The position numbers and the translations under genes are program-made. A DNA stretch of 64,000 nucleotides from Magnetococcus sp. YQC-9 (GTDB lineage: Bacteria; Pseudomonadota; Magnetococcia; Magnetococcales; Magnetaquicoccaceae): contig JAMOBI010000003.1 in assembly GCA_039908105.1 (NCBI GenBank), positions 3,582 to 67,581 on the forward strand. Reading direction: 5' to 3'. Below the pieces are notes generated by a model. That model did not search any database. It saw nothing but the letters and a program-made list of their open reading frames with translations, and was not told where the DNA came from. Shown here one piece after another: positions 59,919-64,000 of the stretch (within the stretch, counting starts at the first letter, position 1; each line of letters opens with the position of its first letter).

Positions 59919-62363
59919 ATGGCCACCTTCCCGCTCCCGCCGTCCGCACCCCGCCCGGATGCCGATCCTGCCACGCAGGTCGCGCGTCCCCTGTCGAAAA
60001 AAACCTTGAGCAAGCGTGCCCGCGCCACTCACGATCCGCGCGCCAGCCGTGCGGAGAGCGGCATTTCCACGCTCAACCGGGCGCGTGAACTGGCGGACAA
60101 GGGGCTGTTCAAGGAGGCGGTACTGCTTTGGGAACGGGCCATGCGACTCGGGGATGTCACGCCGCTGCATCCATCCACCCCGCTGGTGTGGATGATCAAT
60201 GCCGGTCAGTATCTCAAGGGGGTGCGTTTCTTTACCACCCACGAGGCGATTCTGCATTATGATCACCCGGCGCTCTGGTCCTTGACGCGCGAGCTGTTCG
60301 CCGTGGTCTGTCTGACCCGTGATGACGCCATCCGACAACCACCCCCCCTGGACGCATACCCTTGGAATCAGGCCACAACCCTGCATGCGGCCATGCGTGC
60401 CCTGATGCGCGGCGAGACCCTTTCGGTCCAAACACTGTTGACCGGACTGGATGCGGATTCGCCGTTTCTGGCCTGCCGGCGGATTCTTGAGAGCCTGATG
60501 GCACCCTCCCACGAACCGGAGCGAATCCTGGCGCTGCTGGAGGAGATTCAGGAGTCCTCCCCCTTTGCACCACTGGCCCACCTGGCGCGTGCCCGGGCCC
60601 TGCCGACCCGGGAGCGGATCACCACCCTGCTTGCCCTGCCGCGCGAGGAGCAGGCCCAGGCGGCGCGTCTGTGCAGCGCCCCGGAGTGGTGGATCAAACT
60701 GATGGCCAAACTGGAGAGGAGTCGCGAACCGGGTCGCCTGGCCGCGCTCATCATCTCCCAGGCCGAAATCCTGCCGCGTGCCGTGGCACGCGCCACCTTG
60801 ATCGACCTGCTCCCGGACTGTCCGGAAGAGCGCATCCCTTTTGAGAAGCGGTTCGGCCCTTTGCAGGAGATCGAACGCGAGCGGATCTTCGCGCTGCATC
60901 ACGAACGGCATGGTGCGCCCTCCAAGGCGTGCTCCTATTGGCGCAAATGCATCTCCCTGCTCGAATCCGCCCCGGAAAACGTCGAACGGCAACTGTCGAT
61001 TGCCCTGATCTACCGGCACATGGCCCAACTGGAGCAGCGCGAGCCCCATCCCGACACCGCACGCATCCTGCAATGGCAGGAATTGAGCCTGAAGTATGAC
61101 CCGGATGACAAACCCTGCTGGCTGGAACTGCTGGAAGCACGCAACCGCCTGGGACGTGACCGGCTGAATTTTCACCGCCTGGCCGACAAGGCCGCCAGGC
61201 GATTTCCCGAGGATGAGACGATCCTGACCTTTGCCATGCACGCGGCCATGGAAAAGGGGAGCTTCAAGAAGGCATCGGGGGTCGGACGCCGCATCCAGAA
61301 GCTCAATCCCGGCCACGACGGCATTGAGTCCGAACGGTTAAGCGCCCATTTGCAGCATGCCCGCAAGCGCATCCTGGATGGACATTTCGCCGTGGCCAGG
61401 CGCGAGTTGTTCCGGGCGGAACGACTGCGTGCCGAGGGATCTCAACCGGTTGGCATCCTGGCGGCCATGCTGGAGTTTCTGGCGGGCGACCCGCAGCGCG
61501 GTGAGGAGATCCTGGAGGAGGGACGACGCAACGCGACCCAAAAGAGCGTGCATGCGGTCAAGGCCTTTCTGGAGGCGTGTGCGCTGCGTCTCCCGCCCCT
61601 GATGCTGGACGGCTTCCGCCGCGATCTGATCCGCTGCGACGCGCAGCCGCCGGATCGCACGGAACTGGTGATCATTGCCGGGATCATCACCCACGCCCAT
61701 GAAACCCAGCCGGATGCTGCCATCGAGGCCATGGCGCTCCTGGCCGGACAGTTGCGCGCCGGAACCGGGCTTTCGTTCGATGCCAAGGAGCTGCTCTTGA
61801 TCTGCGAGGCGCTGGCGATCACACAGCGTCATGCGCTCTTGATCCAATACGGACGAATCGGCGAAAAACAGTGGCCTGGTGAGCCGATGTTCACCTGTTA
61901 CCGGGCGTGCGGAGCGTGCGAAAACCAGCCCTGGCGACTGACGGATCACGACTTTCAGCGGTTGCTGACTTATGAAGAGGATCTCAAGCCGATCAATCCG
62001 GCTGCCGCAGCCAGGATCCGTGCGCTCCTCTCGATCCCGGCATCGCGTCTGCCTGCGGATCCGTTACGGGGAGTTCCCCTTTCACCCGCGCGCATTCCGA
62101 AACCGCTGGAGCACAAACTGCTGCGTGAACTGCGGACGCGACTGCAAGACGAACTGCGTGATCACACCGATCCTGCGACCCTGCGCATCTTGCGTGACCG
62201 GCTGTTGGAGACCCTGGCCCCCACGGAGTTCGGTCAACGGGGGCCGGCAGTGCTGGGATACCTGTTGGACCGGGCACTCAAACTCAAACCACGACACCGC
62301 GAGGGGACGGCAACTCCGCAGACCACCCCGCGCCAACTGGAGATGGAGTTGCTCATCGAATGA
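59919..62363 (+). CDS. Large (814 aa) predicted all-helical/TPR-like protein of unknown function
   Basis: Long ORF without antisense competitor of similar quality; basic, disordered N-terminus, Leu/Ala/Arg/Glu-rich helical repeats; no catalytic motif recognised apart from an isolated CYRACGAC. Confidence 0.75.
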   Translation: MATFPLPPSAPRPDADPATQVARPLSKKTLSKRARATHDPRASRAESGISTLNRARELADKGLFKEAVLLWERAMRLGDVTPLHPSTPLVWMINAGQYLKGVRFFTTHEAILHYDHPALWSLTRELFAVVCLTRDDAIRQPPPLDAYPWNQATTLHAAMRALMRGETLSVQTLLTGLDADSPFLACRRILESLMAPSHEPERILALLEEIQESSPFAPLAHLARARALPTRERITTLLALPREEQAQAARLCSAPEWWIKLMAKLERSREPGRLAALIISQAEILPRAVARATLIDLLPDCPEERIPFEKRFGPLQEIERERIFALHHERHGAPSKACSYWRKCISLLESAPENVERQLSIALIYRHMAQLEQREPHPDTARILQWQELSLKYDPDDKPCWLELLEARNRLGRDRLNFHRLADKAARRFPEDETILTFAMHAAMEKGSFKKASGVGRRIQKLNPGHDGIESERLSAHLQHARKRILDGHFAVARRELFRAERLRAEGSQPVGILAAMLEFLAGDPQRGEEILEEGRRNATQKSVHAVKAFLEACALRLPPLMLDGFRRDLIRCDAQPPDRTELVIIAGIITHAHETQPDAAIEAMALLAGQLRAGTGLSFDAKELLLICEALAITQRHALLIQYGRIGEKQWPGEPMFTCYRACGACENQPWRLTDHDFQRLLTYEEDLKPINPAAAARIRALLSIPASRLPADPLRGVPLSPARIPKPLEHKLLRELRTRLQDELRDHTDPATLRILRDRLLETLAPTEFGQRGPAVLGYLLDRALKLKPRHREGTATPQTTPRQLEMELLIE

Positions 62364-62572
62364 ACACCCGCCCATCCGCCTCCGAGACGACCGATCCCTT
62401 GCAAGCCGAACGGAAACGGTTGGCTCGACAGCTCTTTGAGTGCTCGCCGGTGGATCTGGCCACCCTGCTTGATCATGGCCACTGGGGAGCGGGGTTGCCA
62501 CGTCCAACCCCGGATGAGCTGTTGACCCCGCTGGCAAACGGTCTGAAACGGTTCCGCCTCTCCTGCTGGTGA
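62360..62572 (+). CDS. Hypothetical 70-aa protein translationally coupled to the 814-aa ORF
   Basis: ATGA start/stop overlap at 62360-62363; no family recognised. Confidence 0.4.
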   Translation: MNTRPSASETTDPLQAERKRLARQLFECSPVDLATLLDHGHWGAGLPRPTPDELLTPLANGLKRFRLSCW

Positions 62573-62828
62573 CCGGACCCCGACCGGTTTTCGTGGTCAC
62601 CACGGTTGCAATCGGCATTCAACCAATGGGGTAGGTGATCTCCTGCCGGCACTCCGATTCCACCGGATTCTGACATCTTGTCCGTTGACGCCGCTGGCGA
62701 TAAAAAGTATTACGAGTCTCTATGAAGTGGCTGTTTGGTGCTTCCATCCATGAAATCAGCCAACGTGTTTGGATTGAATCCATTCAAACCAGACTTCCCG
62801 ATTGCAGGACAATTGGGCGGGCCATCAT

Positions 62829-62991
62829 CCCAGATTCGGCAGTTGCGAGTGATTGCATGTGCTAACATATTGGTTCATATGGTGAATTGTAAGAAACCGA
62901 ATTTGCCTTATTGGTCATGAGGCTTTCTTCCGATTTGCCAGATGGATCAAGAGGTTGTCACAGGTGATCGCCCGCAACTGCCGGATCCGGG
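62829..62991 (-). mobile_element. MITE-like element, family B, copy B (inverted relative to copy A)
   Basis: Terminal inverted repeats CCCAGATTCGGCAGTTGCGAG / CCCGCAACTGCCGGATCCGGG; the internal sequence aligns to the reverse complement of 51072-51236. Confidence 0.75.
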
Positions 62992-63146
62992 ATCATAGTC
63001 AGGACCGGCTGTCCGGCGATGATCAAACAACCCCTTTGGAACGATCAATCACCCGGTGCGTCTCGACATTCAAAGTTGAGCCCATCTGGAATCCGATGTA
63101 CGATCACACCTATCCATTTTTTTTCGAATTCGGATCACCGCCCGTG

Positions 63147-64000
63147 ATGAGTTGGATCTGGAGCCTGCCCGCCATTCTGTTGATCGTCCTGATCGGCGTT
63201 TTTTATCCGTTGTTCACCCGTCGCGGCCATGCCCCGCTGCCGGTCGGACTGGAAGGGGATCCGCGCGAGGAGTTTTTGGCCCGCCGTGACAGCCTGCTGG
63301 TACAGCTCAAGGAGTTGGAACTTGATAAACGCAGCGATCCGGAACAGGCCACCACGCGCGTTTCGCTGGAGCAGGAGTTGGCCGGGGTTCTCACCCGGCT
63401 CGATGCATTGACCGCGCAACGTGTGCCGGTATCCGCTGCACAGACGCTCAAGAAAAATTCGCTCAACATGGCCATGGGAGTCGCGGCCATGCTCTCAACG
63501 GCCTTTGTGGCCAGTCTGCTCTATCTGTGGCTGGGTACGCCGCAGCCGATCACGCCGGCCCAACAGCATCCGGCGACCTCGCCCGATATCCTGCGCATGG
63601 TCGAACAGGCGGCCAATCGGCTGCAATCCACCCCGGATGATATCCCCGGCTGGTTGCGACTGGCACGCTCCTACGTGGCGTTGAACCGGCCTGTTGAGGC
63701 CATGGCGGCCTATCGGCACATCCTCTCGCGTCAGCCCGAGGAGGATGACGCAATCATCTCTTTGAGCGAGCTGGAGCTGCAGAGTCAGGATGGCGCCCTG
63801 CAGGCGGAAGGCGAAAAGCGTCTGGAGGCGCTGCTCAAGCGTCATCCCGATCATCCGGATGCGCTTTGGTTTTTGGGCTTGCAGGCAGCGCGTCATGGGG
63901 ACAAACCCAAGGCACTCGCGTTGCTGCAACGTCTCAAATCGTTGCTGCCAGCCGGATCCTCGGCGACCCCGACCGTTGACCAGGCCATTGCGCAGATCGG
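63147..64000 (+). CDS. ccmI: Cytochrome c-type biogenesis protein CcmI/CycH-like (5' partial, runs off the window)
   Basis: Not in the track (no stop in window). My translation is MSWIWSLPAILLIVLIGVFYPLF ..., then a second TM AMGVAAMLSTAFVASLLYLW, then TPR-like repeats (GWLRLARSYVALNRPVEAMAAYRHIL). Confidence 0.65.
   Translation, partial: MSWIWSLPAILLIVLIGVFYPLFTRRGHAPLPVGLEGDPREEFLARRDSLLVQLKELELDKRSDPEQATTRVSLEQELAGVLTRLDALTAQRVPVSAAQTLKKNSLNMAMGVAAMLSTAFVASLLYLWLGTPQPITPAQQHPATSPDILRMVEQAANRLQSTPDDIPGWLRLARSYVALNRPVEAMAAYRHILSRQPEEDDAIISLSELELQSQDGALQAEGEKRLEALLKRHPDHPDALWFLGLQAARHGDKPKALALLQRLKSLLPAGSSATPTVDQAIAQI

Noticed and set aside
61896-61919. CX3CX2C (CYRACGAC) in the 814-aa protein as a radical-SAM signature
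   Set aside because: The motif lies near the C-terminus of an apparently all-helical repeat protein. It has no aromatic residue before the last Cys, no glycine-rich SAM motif and no TIM-barrel-like context. It is more likely a coincidental or minor metal site.
63135-63929. Minus-strand ORFs (94, 95 and 144 aa) at the window end
   Set aside because: An open plus-strand frame from ATG 63147 encodes a coherent CcmI-like protein (TM-linker-TM-TPR). The minus ORFs are shadows.

Overview
GC-rich (roughly 58-60% by eye) bacterial chromosomal segment, proteobacterium-like, densely coding on both strands; the taxon cannot be fixed from sequence alone. Housekeeping blocks: motA/motB stator, panE, moaD-mobB, purC-purL, maf, ffh, hflK-hflC-DUF2065, yceD-rpmF-plsX-fabH, purU, ndk-rlmN, dgkA, msrB, cspA and the 5' part of ccmI. 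rpmF (59 aa) and the open-ended ccmI are absent from the supplied ORF track. Signalling content is heavy: three sensor kinases (two with Hpt), a REC-DUF3369 regulator, a cNMP-binding/REC protein, a Crp/Fnr regulator, a GGDEF-EAL protein and two PilZ proteins. A cobalamin riboswitch precedes a TonB-dependent receptor. The strongest non-genic signal is a mosaic palindromic repeat family at 11 intergenic loci (about 3 kb). Its ends repeatedly coincide with stop codons and it carries terminator-like hairpins. A second, unrelated ~165-nt MITE-like element occurs as an inverted pair bracketing an 11.9-kb segment (51.07-62.99 kb). Novelty candidates, none provable here: a repeat-flanked diadenylate-cyclase-like gene inside the B12-uptake locus; a six-gene translationally coupled operon joining a fused double solute-binding protein, two kinases, a cNMP-REC protein and an ABC importer; MntA/HepT next to an orphan 814-aa helical protein; and a tandem-repeat membrane-anchored protein beside a CX3CH cytochrome-like protein. 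All family calls rest on motifs read by eye; no searches were run.
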